From: Vitrella brassicaformis CCMP3155
Taxonomy: Eukaryota; Protista; Chromerida
Length of the DNA: 64,000 nt
Direction: 5' to 3'
Assembly (NCBI GenBank): GCA_001179505.1
Contig: CDMY01000354.1
Coordinates: 1-64,000 of the forward strand
Shown here: piece after piece, positions 50,531 through 62,574 of the stretch
Layout of the letters: every line of letters begins with the position of its first letter
Position numbering within the stretch: position 1 is the stretch's first letter
Notes under the pieces: generated by a model
The model's input: the letters and a program-made list of their open reading frames with translations, nothing else
Database searches by the model: none
Told to the model about the DNA's origin: nothing
Position numbers and translations under genes: made by a program

Positions 50531-51960
50531 GCAGCAGTGGCAAAGCGGGGCTGTCGGGCGACACTAGTACTATTCTTATGTTGTCGCTGATGGCGGACGG
50601 TGGCTGTCCCATTTCGCGTCCCATTGCATTACATCGCATGGTGAACACAATAAATAGACAGGCAAACAGCCAGACAGACAGGCAAGTGGATACACAGACA
50701 GACAGACAGACAAACGGAGATAAGCACGATGACATACATACACACATCGGCGCGCAATCGATGGCCGAGACAGGTACGTGACGAAACGTAAACATAATAC
50801 TTACAGAGGCAGCCGGCGCAAAGAGGTCTTTGTGTGTGCGATGGACGCAGGTATACCTACAGGCCGGTGGGTGGACGGACAGGGACAGACGTGTGTATGG
50901 GGGGGAATTTCTGTTGTGGTGTGGTGTGGTGTGGTGCGGTACTCACACGCAGACGAGTGACAGGCCACTAACCCTGAGCTGGTCCAGTTTTGTTAACCAA
51001 AAGGACAGCTAGGCTGGCCGGCATGCCACGCACAATGACTGACTGACTGACTGGTAGGTAGGTAGGTTCGGTGGCTGGCTGGCTGGATGTGGGTGTGGCA
51101 TCTCGTGTGGCATGTCGTTCGTGTCATGTGTGCAGCAACTGATTGTGAACACGGCTGGCGTGTCTCAATATAGCCGCCCTACCTGCCTGCCTGCCTGCCT
51201 GCCTGAGTCTGTGCGTCATATTTGTCTCGGTCGCCTCGACTTACTGCCCCTGTTCTAGCTGGGAAGCGTGTGTGACCGATTGGTACATTCGTGTCTTCAT
51301 ACTACCTGCACATGTACACGTTTGCCATCCATCAACCAACCACTGTCCCCTGACGCACTCCGTCACGTATTGAGCTTAAATCCCACCCACCCCCCGTCTA
51401 TCTTTTTGGTGCAGCAGCGAGGCCTTCAAGCTGTGGAGGCCGAGATCTCTGCCGTCATGACCCAGATCTCCACCAGCATCGCCACAACTCCCGACAGCAC
51501 TTCGCAGCAACTCGTTAAAACGGCACAACCAACTACCACGTGTCTCCCAGAGAGAGCCACACACAAGTGCACGCGTTGCTGCACACCGATCCACAGCCCA
51601 ACACACAGCCCACACTGAAACTGTCTGACGCTCATCCATCCCAAGAAGCTTAAGGGTACGTTGACCGACCTGCCGCAGCATCCGTCAGACATGCCAATGC
51701 GAAACACTGTACATCCACTAGCTAGCCACACCCGCAGAGCAGTGAGTGCAACTGTAGGCCGTAACTTTTGTACATCGACACACGCCAGCAGAAAATACGT
51801 ACACACAGGCAGTCTCTCTTTGGCATTCCCAAAACCGTCAGACAAACAAGCGACGACCGCCAGAATTAAAATTCCGAACAAACAAGCCAGTCACCGGGAA
51901 AAGGCCAATCACGAATGCGCCTATGTGTGCGTATACATGACCTTAAGCTGTGCCGTCATA

Positions 51961-53919
51961 TCAAGACATTGACTGAATGAAACTGGGTCTATGGACCATT
52001 TCGCGATAAATCGCCGTCACCGCCTCATTCCGATCGAGACACCAGTCCACATCCCCGCCCACTATGGGTTCATCTTTGTGTATGTTGAACCAGAAGACCG
52101 CTGATATCAGGGGGAAGTCATGCAGACTGCCATAGACCTGCTGCAGCCAGGCCGACTTGATGTCAATCTGCAGAAGTGCATGAGCATGATGACAGAAAGA
52201 ACGGATTAGCATCCGCCATCACGTGTGTACCTCAGATGCGCCTGCGCGGCCAGTGTGGAAAAGCGACGACGTTTCAGAGACCATCATCGGCTTGTTCAGC
52301 CGAGCAGCAACCTCGTTGTAGAATTGGCCAACAGCACGGTAAAATTTTCCTCGCTGAGAGACAGAGACAGAGAGAGAGAGAGAGAGAGAGAGGGGAAAAC
52401 AAGAGAAAAGGATGAAGATCACATTTCCACTAATACGGACTTGCGCTACCTACCTGTGGAATGACGTTGCACCCAAGTGCTCCTGCGCTGTCACAATCGC
52501 CCCAATGATAATAACTGCAACAGCCGACAGGCATGCAAGCAGTGAGAGTGACGAACGAAGGGTCAGCGTCAGGGAGGGCACTCTCACCTCATACCAATCC
52601 AATCAACCTAAACACACAGGCTGACTATCTCTTTTTCTCACTGCATGTGGCAGCTCTCTGTCTCTCACCGTGTCTGACGAGTTGGGGAAGAACTGCCAGT
52701 AGGGGTCTTCGCGGCCAACACTCGGATTGGAGTACTTCTCTCCTGGCCATGGAAAGCCTAATCTGTTCGTGCAGCCCACTCAGATAGACGACGAGTGGAC
52801 GAAAGACATCCAGAGGTGTCTCTGTTGACGTACTCGTAATTGGGCGTCCACACCATCGCGACGTGTGTCGTTCGAGCCTGCGTGACGAGCAGAATCCAGG
52901 ACGGGAGTCGTGAAGGTAGAGATGGGACCCCACCTTGATGATTCGCGAGAACTCCTCAAACTTGCTCTTGTAGAGGGCGGGTTGCTGACCCCTGATTGAT
53001 CGATCGACGGAACGGAGAGACAGAATCAGTTTGCGCGTGCCCTGTGATCCGATCAGTGCCTCGCTCACCATGAGTACCAACTGAAAAAACAAGAATGCCA
53101 CCAAAAAGAAGCCGCAGATGTAACCTTCATTTGCCGAGCGGCTGCCGTGGGCTGCGTTGCGTACCTTCCGTTCATCTCGTGATTGAAACGGAGCCAGATG
53201 GGTACTGAGTCCGACCAAATGTTGAGGAAGTCTGCGAAATCATTGATTTGCTGGACGCTGTATGAGTGCAGCCCTACAACAAGCACACACAATGGGCCGC
53301 CGCGGGGCTTTCATGTGCCAGGCGTACCGCCGTCTGTCATGACGGTCAGCGCGGCCATCGCACCGTTCTCCTTGCACTCGGTAAGAAAGTCTGAGACGGA
53401 CGCATGTTCTTCGTGAGTGTCATTCACCGCCTCGGGGAACTTGATGAAGTGCAAAAATGCCGCATGCCTGCGCCGTGCTCATACACGCTTCTCATCCTCT
53501 CTCTCTCTCTCTCTCTCTCTCTGTGAGTGTGTGTGCCAGGTGTGTGTGATTACCTCACTTGTGTGCGGGCGTTGAAAGCGGATTGTGTCTGTCCCGTTTG
53601 CACCCCACGACAGATACGAACAGCGGGTTGCCATGTGACTGCCCTGCGTACCCACCTCCGGTGGCTGCAGGATGCCTCCCAAGTAGACGCCATTCGCTCC
53701 AATAGCATTCGCTGCAGATGGCGGTCCCACTTGGGCCTGGCCACGCACACCAAAACGACCAGCACCAACAGCAACAATGTCAACAGCGTCGGCGGCCTCA
53801 ACACCATCCAGCGGCGGTGCTGTTGGGACGATGATCGTGTCGCCTTCGTCTTGGCCACGCACGAAAAGCCCCTCGTACCAATAACACAGGAGGAACACAG
53901 GCAGGCAGCGCAGCGACAT
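51961..53919 (-). CDS. Secreted GH26 glycoside hydrolase (copy A, catalytic domain only)
   Basis: Signal peptide MSLRCLPVFLLCYWYEGLFVRG; GVYLGG; IWLRFNHEMNG.WYSWGQQP (acid/base Glu); AMVWTPN; VDWIGMSYH; KPMMVSETS (nucleophile Glu); AVFWFNIHKDE. Confidence 0.88.
53741..53841. repeat. 101-bp inverted repeat, partner at 54251-54351, inside the N-termini of the two GH26 genes
   Basis: 8 mismatches in 101 nt by manual alignment (DTIIVPTAPP.DGVEAADA.D.VAV.AGRFGVRG). Confidence 0.9.
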
Positions 53920-54001
53920 CGCGCAGAAGGCTACCGAGCGTGCCCAAATATACAGAATGCCTTCCAACGCCTGAATAACGGCAGAGGAGGCCGCAGACAG
54001 A

Positions 54002-57000
54002 ATGGCGTCCGCCGCCAGGAGAGCAGGCGCTCTTCTGTTGACGCCCGCTCTGCTGACGCTATGCTGGGCCCTCCCGCGGCCCCTCGTCACCACCGACACC
54101 ATGCTCAGCGACGAACCCCGCCCTACTGTGCGCGGCCTCCAGAGCAACTCAAGCAGCAACTCAAGCAGCAACTCAAGCATCTCTACGTGCACCGGCAACT
54201 GCACCACAAAGGGGCCCGTCGCCGCTGCTGCTGATGCTGGCAGCACCGAAGACACGATCATCGTCCCAACAGCACCGCCACCGGATGGTGTTGAGGCCGC
54301 CGATGCTATTGACGCTGTTGCTGTTGATGCTGGTCGTTTTGGTGTACGTGGTGATGCCGCCGCCGCCGCCGCCGCCGCTGCCGCTGCTGCTGGTGATGGT
54401 GCTGTGGACGATAGGTACAGGGGATGGGGAAAGAAGATGCGCGCCCACCGTCCCGTCCCGGGCCCAGGGGTTTACCTAGGAGCCACCTTAGCGGTCAGAC
54501 AGAGAGGGAGGGGGCGCACAGACAGACAGACAGGCAGAGAGAGCGGATGGTGGTGCGCTGTGTGTCGTGTATGGTGTGTGTCAGGGTGCCCAGCCGATGT
54601 TGGCCTTCAACCAGCGCACGGGTATCCACCATGCGGCCTTCATGCAGTTCATCAGCTTCCCAAATGTCACGACCGACGAGAATAAACTCAGAGAGGTAAT
54701 CCACCGACCACACGCAAAGCAGCTCTTCCCTCCCCCGAACACACCAATGCCCATCTGTCTGCAGCTGGTGAAGTTCATGCGCGAGTGTCGCGAGAACAAG
54801 GCCATGGCAATGTTGACCCTCCAGACGCCCAAGGGTCTCGATTCGTACACGCGCAAGCACGTGAACGACTTTGCTCTCATCCTCAACACCTGGAAAGACG
54901 TGCCGGTCTTCCTCCGATGGAACCATGAGATGAACGGCAGGTGATCAACGGTTCCATCGGAGGCAATTGATGTCTCTCTCTCTCTCTCTCTCTCTCCACT
55001 CATTCTCTGGGCGCGCGGATGTGTGTAGCTGGAATTCGTGGGGCCAGCAACCTGAGCTGTACAAGACCAAATGGGAGGAATTTGCATCTGTCATGCGGGT
55101 AAGAAAGGGAGATAGATGGCATACGCGCTGGCTTCTGTTCGTTCATTCGCTGTGCTGTGCGTGTGTCCTTCCTTATGCGCTTAACAGAGGCTCGCCCAGC
55201 AAGTGGTAAACAAGGGATGGACACTTCTCACATACACTTGACTTACATGTGAATGTGAATGTCGTCTATGCGTGTGTCGATTACCAGGCGATGGTGTGGA
55301 CGCCCAACCAGGAATGGGTAAGAAAGGGAGATGGACGGCACACGCGCTGGCTTCTGTTCGTTGCTGGCTTCTGTTCGTTCATATGCTGTGCTGTGCTGTG
55401 CTGTGCGTGTTCCCAGGGTTTCCCTTGGAAAGGCGGACCACACTACAATGCGTAACCACCCGCCCGCCCACCCACCCAGACACGCCATGCAACACGGTTG
55501 TCTTATGTCTCCTCTTGTGTCACTTAAAAACTGCTGTCAGTTCAATCGACCACTACGATCCGTACATGCAGTTTCTGCCCAACCCAGCGCTGATCGACTG
55601 GATCGGCATCTCCTACTTTCACCTCGGCCACGAAGTCCGCGGCAGCCGACTTATCCCAGGCAACAACATCGTCCCACTCCCGCACTCCTTCTTCCCGCCC
55701 ATTGAGGAGTTCTACAGGTTCGCCGAGAAGCTCAACGAGCGCCTGGCCGAGGGCGAGGGACGGCCCCCGCGGCTGCCGGTGCTGATCGCCGAGACAGGCG
55801 CGATGTGGAACGTGGATGGCCCCGTGAACAAGATGTATGGGAAGAGTACCTCTGGGAGTGTGTCGACCAAGAAGCGGGCGTTGGTGGCGCGGGAGGATGA
55901 AGACTACAACTGCACAAATGAGGGTGTCACCGAGGTGAGTGCGAACACGCACGGCCGCACTCGGGGTGTGTGTGTGTGTGTTTAGTACGAGGTGAAGCGT
56001 ATGTGGATAGACGAGGTATACGATATCGACGACAAAGGCAAGAACCTCAAAAGGGACTTCCCGCTGATACGTGAGACGTACACGGACGTTTGCGCGAACA
56101 GTGAAATGCTCAACTCATGCATGTCTCGTTTCGTTATGCCGCTTACATTTTGTATGATAAACCTTAGGGGCGATCTTCTGGTTCAACGTCGCAAAACACG
56201 AACCTAGTCGGCGCCCACCCATTCACCCACCCACGTCTGTCTGTCTGTTTGTCTGTCTGTCTCCCTGTTCAGGTTTCGGTGGTATCTACGCCGATTGGCG
56301 TCTGGACGTGCAGCCGGCCGTCGCGATGTTCTATCGCAAACAGGTCAAGGACGACTATTTCCTACAGTACGCCGTCATCCCCCCAAACGCCGACCCGCCG
56401 CCCCTCCCCGCCCCCAACCACACGTTACTCACCAAGGGCACAAGGGACATCTCCTTCCTGGACCGGCTGCGTGTGTGCAACGCGCACCCACATGAGGGGA
56501 AAGGGTTCCATATCCGCCATCGGTCCACACGGCTGACCAGGAGTGGTGGCCCGTTGGGTTACAAGCGCTGCAGGGACTTCGAGACGAAACTTACAAGAGG
56601 AGACGGAATCGAATTCACCCTTGATGGTACGCCGACCAATAGACACCCAAGAGGGAGGAAAAACAAACACATTTGTGTGTGCGTAGATGGGGGGAGGGGG
56701 GCGTTCTATGTGTCCGAGCTGCCGCCTGCTGAGGGGCTGTTGCTGCTGGTCGTCTACGGGCGTGATAGCTTCTCCGCGGCAAACCTGCTTGGATCACAGA
56801 TCGCCGTCATAGACGCTTACAAGGTCTCTCTCACACAACGCACACAGATGTGTGCAATGTGTTTCACTCACCGTATGTGCGTGCGTGTGTGTGCAGGGCG
56901 GCGCAGAAGCCCATTTGTCGATATTCGACGACTATCCTGATTCAACAAGGTCCCGGTCTGAGGAGCTGAGATTCGACACTGTCGTGGCCGTCAACGAGGG

Positions 57001-57462
57001 ACCATACAGGCACGCACCACGGGGCACAAGGAAGAAGGACGTCAGGCGGGCACGGTACATGAATGGATGGATTCTGTGTGAGTGTGCAGGGCCGTGTTGA
57101 GCAGTGACGACGGCGAAGAGATCGACAGCGCCCCGATTGTGTGCCGGAAAGAGTAAGGGTGGATGGGAAGGAATGAAATGGCACGCCAATCCAACACATG
57201 CGCTGTGCACATGCAGTGATTCGTATGTGGTCATCCGAGTGGGAGCCGAGCCTTCGCAATCCGGCGGCAAAAGATACCCTCAGGTGTGTACAAGTGGTAG
57301 GGTGGATGCCTTGTGTCCACGTGTCGATCGTTCTTTCAGGAGCTGTTGGTCTATCCCCCGCCCCTCCCGCCTCCACGCACCGGAGCAGCCACCACCACGG
57401 CACCGCCGGCATTGGCCGTATCGTTGTCCCTGCTGCTGGCTGTGCTCGTCAGCGCTGATTGA
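54002..57462 (+). CDS. Secreted GH26 glycoside hydrolase (copy B) with C-terminal extra domain and GPI-anchor-like tail; start codon uncertain
   Basis: Signal peptide MASAARRAGALLLTPALLTLCWA; GVYLGA; VFLRWNHEMNG.WNSWGQQP; AMVWTPN; IDWIGISYF; PVLIAETGA; FWFN; then RLRVCNAHP domain; tail TGAATTTAPPALAVSLSLLLAVLVSAD*. Confidence 0.88.
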
Positions 57463-58425
57463 TTCCACTGCTCCTTTGCATACGGACCCCCCACTCCGCC
57501 CTCAGAGATGTAAATTAGCCATTGCGCATGCGCGGGGGTAGTTAGCAATGGGTAGTTAGGTCTTTGTCGTCAGGTATGGATGAGCTGATGGTAATTCAAG
57601 TGATAGGAAGTTTGGCGCTGGAGAATGAGCCTTTAATTAGTTGTACGCTGGTGTGCTGGTTGATGTGTCTGAGGGGGGGGGGGGGGGGGGNNNNNNNNNN
57701 NNNNNNNNNNNNNNNNNNNNNNNNNNNNNNNNNNNNNNNNNNNNNNNNNNNNNNNNNNNNNNNNNNNNNNNNNNNNNNNNNNNNNNNNNNNNNNNNNNNN
57801 NNNNNNNNNNNNNNNNNNNNNNNNNNNNNNNNNNNNNNNNNNNNNNNNNNNNNNNNNNNNNNNNNNNNNNNNNNNNNNNNNNNNNNNNNNNNNNNNNNNN
57901 NNNNNNNNNNNNNNNNNNNNNNNNNNNNNNNNNNNNNNNNNNNNNNNNNNNNNNNNNNNNNNNNNNNNNNNNNNNNNNNNNNNNNNNNNNGGGGGGGGGG
58001 GGGGGGGGTGATCGCATGCGAGAGTGAGTAGCATTTGGCAGCATTGCAAGCAAGGCCAACTCTTTTTCGACATGGCATAGTGTCATTGTTGCTATCATGC
58101 TACAGTCCAGTCCGCGTAAGTGGCTCACCGTATATATACATACGTAGCGTACGTGGGTCAGCCTGACACAGTCTGATACATACTCTTTCTCCCGACTCTC
58201 TTTCCCTGCCTCCAAAGCACCCACCCTCTCACGATGAGAGCATCAATCAGCCACGGAAGAGGAATCACTTACGCGGTCTGGACTGTACATTCCTCTTCCG
58301 TGGACCTGCTGGGCGCTAGTGGCCGTCGACAAGTACAGGGGTAGAGATAGGGGACGATCTTAGCTTCCGGCCAGGAACGGTCGTTATTTGCACATTGTGC
58401 AATTCCATCATCGCACATACGCCGG

Positions 58426-61263
58426 ATGCGGCTGCGTAGTTTTGTAAGTGTAGCCGTGCCTGCCCACATGTTCCTGTGTATCTGCACGACCTTACTCTTT
58501 GCTCGTCTGTCCTCGGCCCTCACTGATTTTGAGATCGCCCAGCTCAACACCGACGCGCTGCTGAGGCTGTCCCAGCGTGACGACGACACCAACAATGACG
58601 GTGGAGCTTTCCGCGGCAAGGACAGAAGGCGGCGGCTGGCCCCTCTCGATGACCTCCAGCAGCAGACCCACCTGCTGTACTCCCACCCTCTGTAGGACGC
58701 ACGACGTGGCATCGTCCGGTCAAGGAATTGCCTGTCTGTGTGTATGTTGGTCTCTCTGTCAGGCCCGGCGGCGAGTTCGTCTCGCCATACACCACGATTG
58801 GCTGGCGGGTGGGAGAAATTCGCTATATTGAGGAATGGGGTTTTATGCCGAAGTCAAAGGCGCTGCGGGAGGAGACCATCCACGGCAAGCTGACTCTGAC
58901 CGGCGATGCGTCGGGCGACCACCGTGAAGGAGAGACTCACCTGCTGCGTGACAATGCGACCTTTCTGTTTGTGCCGGCCGTGCCTTTCGACCCTGGGGAG
59001 AGGGTGACTGTTATCGTGGCGGCGGGTGTCGAGACCATCAGTGGGAGGGTGCTGCCCGAGGCAACATGGAGTTTTCAGGTCTCGCACAATGCTCGCGACA
59101 TCTACTTCACCAAGGTCGTCAACCTCGGAGCACCCAATGGCATGTGGGATGCTCCCACGCAGAGGAGTGGCAGCAGCAACAGCAGCGATGCTACCGCGGA
59201 AAAGACTCGACGGCCGCAGAAGGGGTCTGGCGCCTCCCGTCGAGAGCTCCAAGGCGTGAAAAAGCGCGAGTACACATTTCCCGACCACCGCTATCGCACA
59301 CTACCGCAGAACTTCCCCCAAGGGACGGTGGTGGTTTACGGCAACACGTCGCAGCTGGACGAGGGGTACATCTGGACACATAAGATACTCAACGACCCGA
59401 TCTCGCTCAATGGCAGCCTCATCATGCAATCCTGGGGGGATCCCGTATACTTCCACGGTATGCAGATACAGAAGGGGTGTGGGTCAGTGATGGCACAAAG
59501 GTCTGAATGGCCGGCAGTGTGTCTTGGTGTGATATGCGATGTGTCAGAGGGCAACCCGACAGACTTTGCTCCGACGGGAGCAGGCGGAAGCAAGATGCTG
59601 GGCAGAAGCAGCCTCACGGGCATTGTGCTGTGGGGCCAAGATTACAAGCCTGCGGGAGAGATATTCGCGCAGCATGGCCACGGTGAGTGAGTGAATGAGA
59701 TTGTCGACGCCAATACCTCTTCCACCCCTCCCCTCTCTGCATGGTGGTGCAGGAGTGAATTTGGTGGGCAGAGAGCAGGGAGGATGTTCAGTAATGGTCA
59801 TGCAAAGATCTTTGTGTGGTCTTGCCATGAGTGCAGCACGATTACATGATGCTGAAGAATGGCAACGGGCTTCTCTTGCTGTGAGTATTAGTAATACACG
59901 ACCGTCCATCGATCAGCGCTCCTGTTTGTGTGTATGTGCCCTCTCTCAGTGATGACCTGCAAATCCTTGACTCGACGAGGATGCGTCCTGCGCCTGAAGG
60001 GGCGTCGACTAAGACGACGGTGGTGACTCATATTGTACAAGAAGTCACACCAGAAGGTGAGCCGTGGAAGCAAGAGCAGACAGGGACAGGTCAACACATG
60101 AGACGCTTGACTGCCCTCCTCCCCTTCTGTGCATGGCTGCAGGTCACTGCATCTTGGAGTGGCGTATGTGGGACCATCTGCCAGCTGCCTGGCAGGACAC
60201 TGAGGAGGGAGTCCACGACGACAATGGGTGGGACATCGCACATGTCAACAGCGTCGGTGAAGCCCCAGACGGGAACATAGTCGTCTCTTTTCGAAATCTC
60301 AACCAAGTCATCAAAATCGACAGGTACTGTGCGCACCACACGTATACATCAACACACAGCCACACTGTTTTCGTCTGTCTGCTGCCATGCATGTAGGACG
60401 ACTGGGAGGGTTTTGTGGCGACTGGGCGGCAAGCGCAGCTCCTTCAAGATCGAGGGCGACCCCAACGGTCAGTTCGCCGCCCAGCATGACGCAAGAGAGA
60501 TCGACGACAACGTCATCACCCTGTTTGACAACGCATACTGCACTGGAGACGAACACGCACGGGCAATGGACTATGAGCTGAAGTTCGACAATGTTACTGG
60601 GGAGCCGACTGTGGCCAAGATGACGAGTATGTGGAAGAGCGGTGTGACGGCTCTCGCCAAGGGCAGCTACCGGCGGTTGAAGAACGGCAACAGGGCGGTG
60701 TCCCTCGGGTTCGATTTGCTGCCACATGCGTGCAAGGGAGACAGTAAAGGAGCACCGCCGACCAACATTGGAAACCACTTCTATGTGGAGGTGCGTTGTG
60801 CACATAGACCCTCGCATTACACTGCATGAATCGATCGACCTCCCTGCCGCATGTCTGTGTCCGTTGTGTCCGTGCGCAGACTGACCCAGGTGGTGCACTG
60901 CTGATAAGCATGAGTTGGGACTGCGAGTGCCACAGCTACCGGAGCATCAAGGCCCCCTGGACGGGCCGGCCGACCTGGAAGCCCGTCGCTGTGATCGACT
61001 CCAACAACTCCGACAACGTGCTCCAGCTGCACTTCAGCTGGAATGGCGCGACGGAAGTGGCCAGCTGGCGGGTCACACAGGGCGACGGACGCTTCATTTT
61101 CAAGCCCTTCGCGACTGTGGCCAAGACACAATTTGAACATTGGGTACAAATAGAGGCTGGGCGTAGGCAGTGTCTGTACTATCGGGCCGAGGCACTGGAC
61201 GAAAGCGACACAGTGCTGGGCTACACGGATGTCGTGGAGTCTCCAGGCTGTATGAGTGACTGA
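58426..61263 (+). CDS. Secreted aryl-sulfate sulfotransferase (ASST, PAPS-independent type) with N-terminal Ig-like domain
   Basis: Hydrophobic leader; LYSHPLPGGEFVSPYTTI..FLFVPAVPFDPGERVTVIV..WSFQV (Ig-like); HDYMMLKNGNGLL; IVQEVTPEG..VLEWRMWDH; DIAHVNSVGEAPDGNIVVSFRNLNQVIKID; LWRLGGKRSSF; FAAQHDAR; ITLFDNA. Confidence 0.9.
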
Positions 61264-61704
61264 CCGGAGTTTTCTTGTTTGGACGATGGAGGGTCATTTA
61301 CATACGGACTGGATTTTTGTCGTGATTTGGAATGGTCATTGACGACTGGTTTTTGCACGTTTGAACGACGGCCATTGATGGGTGTTCGGCAAATTGGTCG
61401 AGTCCATTGACGAAAGTGACTCACACATCAACACAACCGTCTGCATCACACATGACAACACAGGCACGAGGGGAAAGGGTCAATGTCACGTGTGTAGCTA
61501 TCGCCGGGATGCTTCTCCAAGAGAGAAGAGAGAGAAAGTTATCCTATCACTGCTCTGATGGACAGAAAAACGTGTCGCTCCCATACACATACAACACACA
61601 ATACATGAAGCCGCCACTGTACAGTGAGTGACAATCGCCCTCGCCCAACAGCTGAATGTCCTGCCCTCCCCTCCCCTCCCTCCTCCCTTCCCATGCCCTC
61701 CCCC

Positions 61705-62282
61705 TCATGTAGACCCCCTCTTGCCCAGGTCCCCGTGTGTCTTGGAACGCGCTGTTTTCCCCTCGCGCATCGACGCCGCCAGCCCATTGCCATTCCCATG
61801 TTCCCCCTTGGGTGTCTTAGGCCGTGGGGCGCCCGAGTCCCGTCTCAGCGACTCTCTGCGTGAGAAGGAGGTGGTGAGGCTCTTGCTTGGCTTGGCGGTG
61901 GGGAGGAGCAGGGATGAGGGGGGCGAGACGGAGAATGAGGGGCTGTAGCCGTAGCTGGTTGACCACTTGCCGTATCCCTTGGTGGCCGGTGCGTGGCTGG
62001 AGATGGCCGTGTTGTACTTTGGGTTGCAGTAGGACGATGTCGTCTGCGTGCGCGGGTCCGCATCGCCGCTGAAGCACTCGGGATGATAAAACAACCTGCA
62101 CGAGCAGACAGACAGACGTCGGTGTCGGTGTCCCGTGCAATGTGTGTCTCTCATTACCTGATCTTCCTGCCGTCTCTGACAATCATGGTCTCCCCCTTCA
62201 TAATGTAGCCGCGGCACTCCCGGCACATGTGTCCGTTGCGCACGGCCACACCGGTGCTGACGGTCCAGTAGTCGCCCTCCAT
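61705..62282 (-). CDS. Small PARP-type zinc-finger-like protein
   Basis: MEGDYWTVSTGVAVRNGHMCRECRGYIMKGETMIVRDGRKIR|LFYHPECFSGDADPRTQ gives C-x2-C..H-x2-C; S/K-rich tail. Confidence 0.75.
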
Positions 62283-62574
62283 CGGCCAACCAACACCAAA
62301 CAGAGCAAAAGAGCACCGCCGGAAGCCTCAAATGTGCCACTGGTGGGCTGTTGCTTCGCGTGAGGCAGAGAGAATTGGGGCCCGCTGTGGGACGGTCAGC
62401 CGTCAATTGTGTCACCTGTTTTCGCTACGAGACCGTTCACCGAGCTGATGTGAGTGTCCCAGAGCGAAAAGAGAGACCCCGGCATTGAGAATTTTTGGCT
62501 TTGTGTGATCAGGGTTCCGCCTAAGCTCGCATTTCAGAATTTCGAGCTCGCAGCCCGAAATCAGCTCGGACGAG

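Noticed and set aside
53550-54479. Hydrophobic ORFs MVLRPP.LLTLLLL in both GH26 5' regions
   Set aside because: They are one frame off the catalytic frame. Copy A cannot reach the GH26 frame without an implausibly short (29-nt) intron, and both genes have upstream in-frame signal peptides. An alternative start remains possible for copy B.
35960-58010. Poly-G/poly-C tracts at gap edges as a functional G-quadruplex system
   Set aside because: Best explained by sequencing failure at homopolymers; true lengths are unknown.
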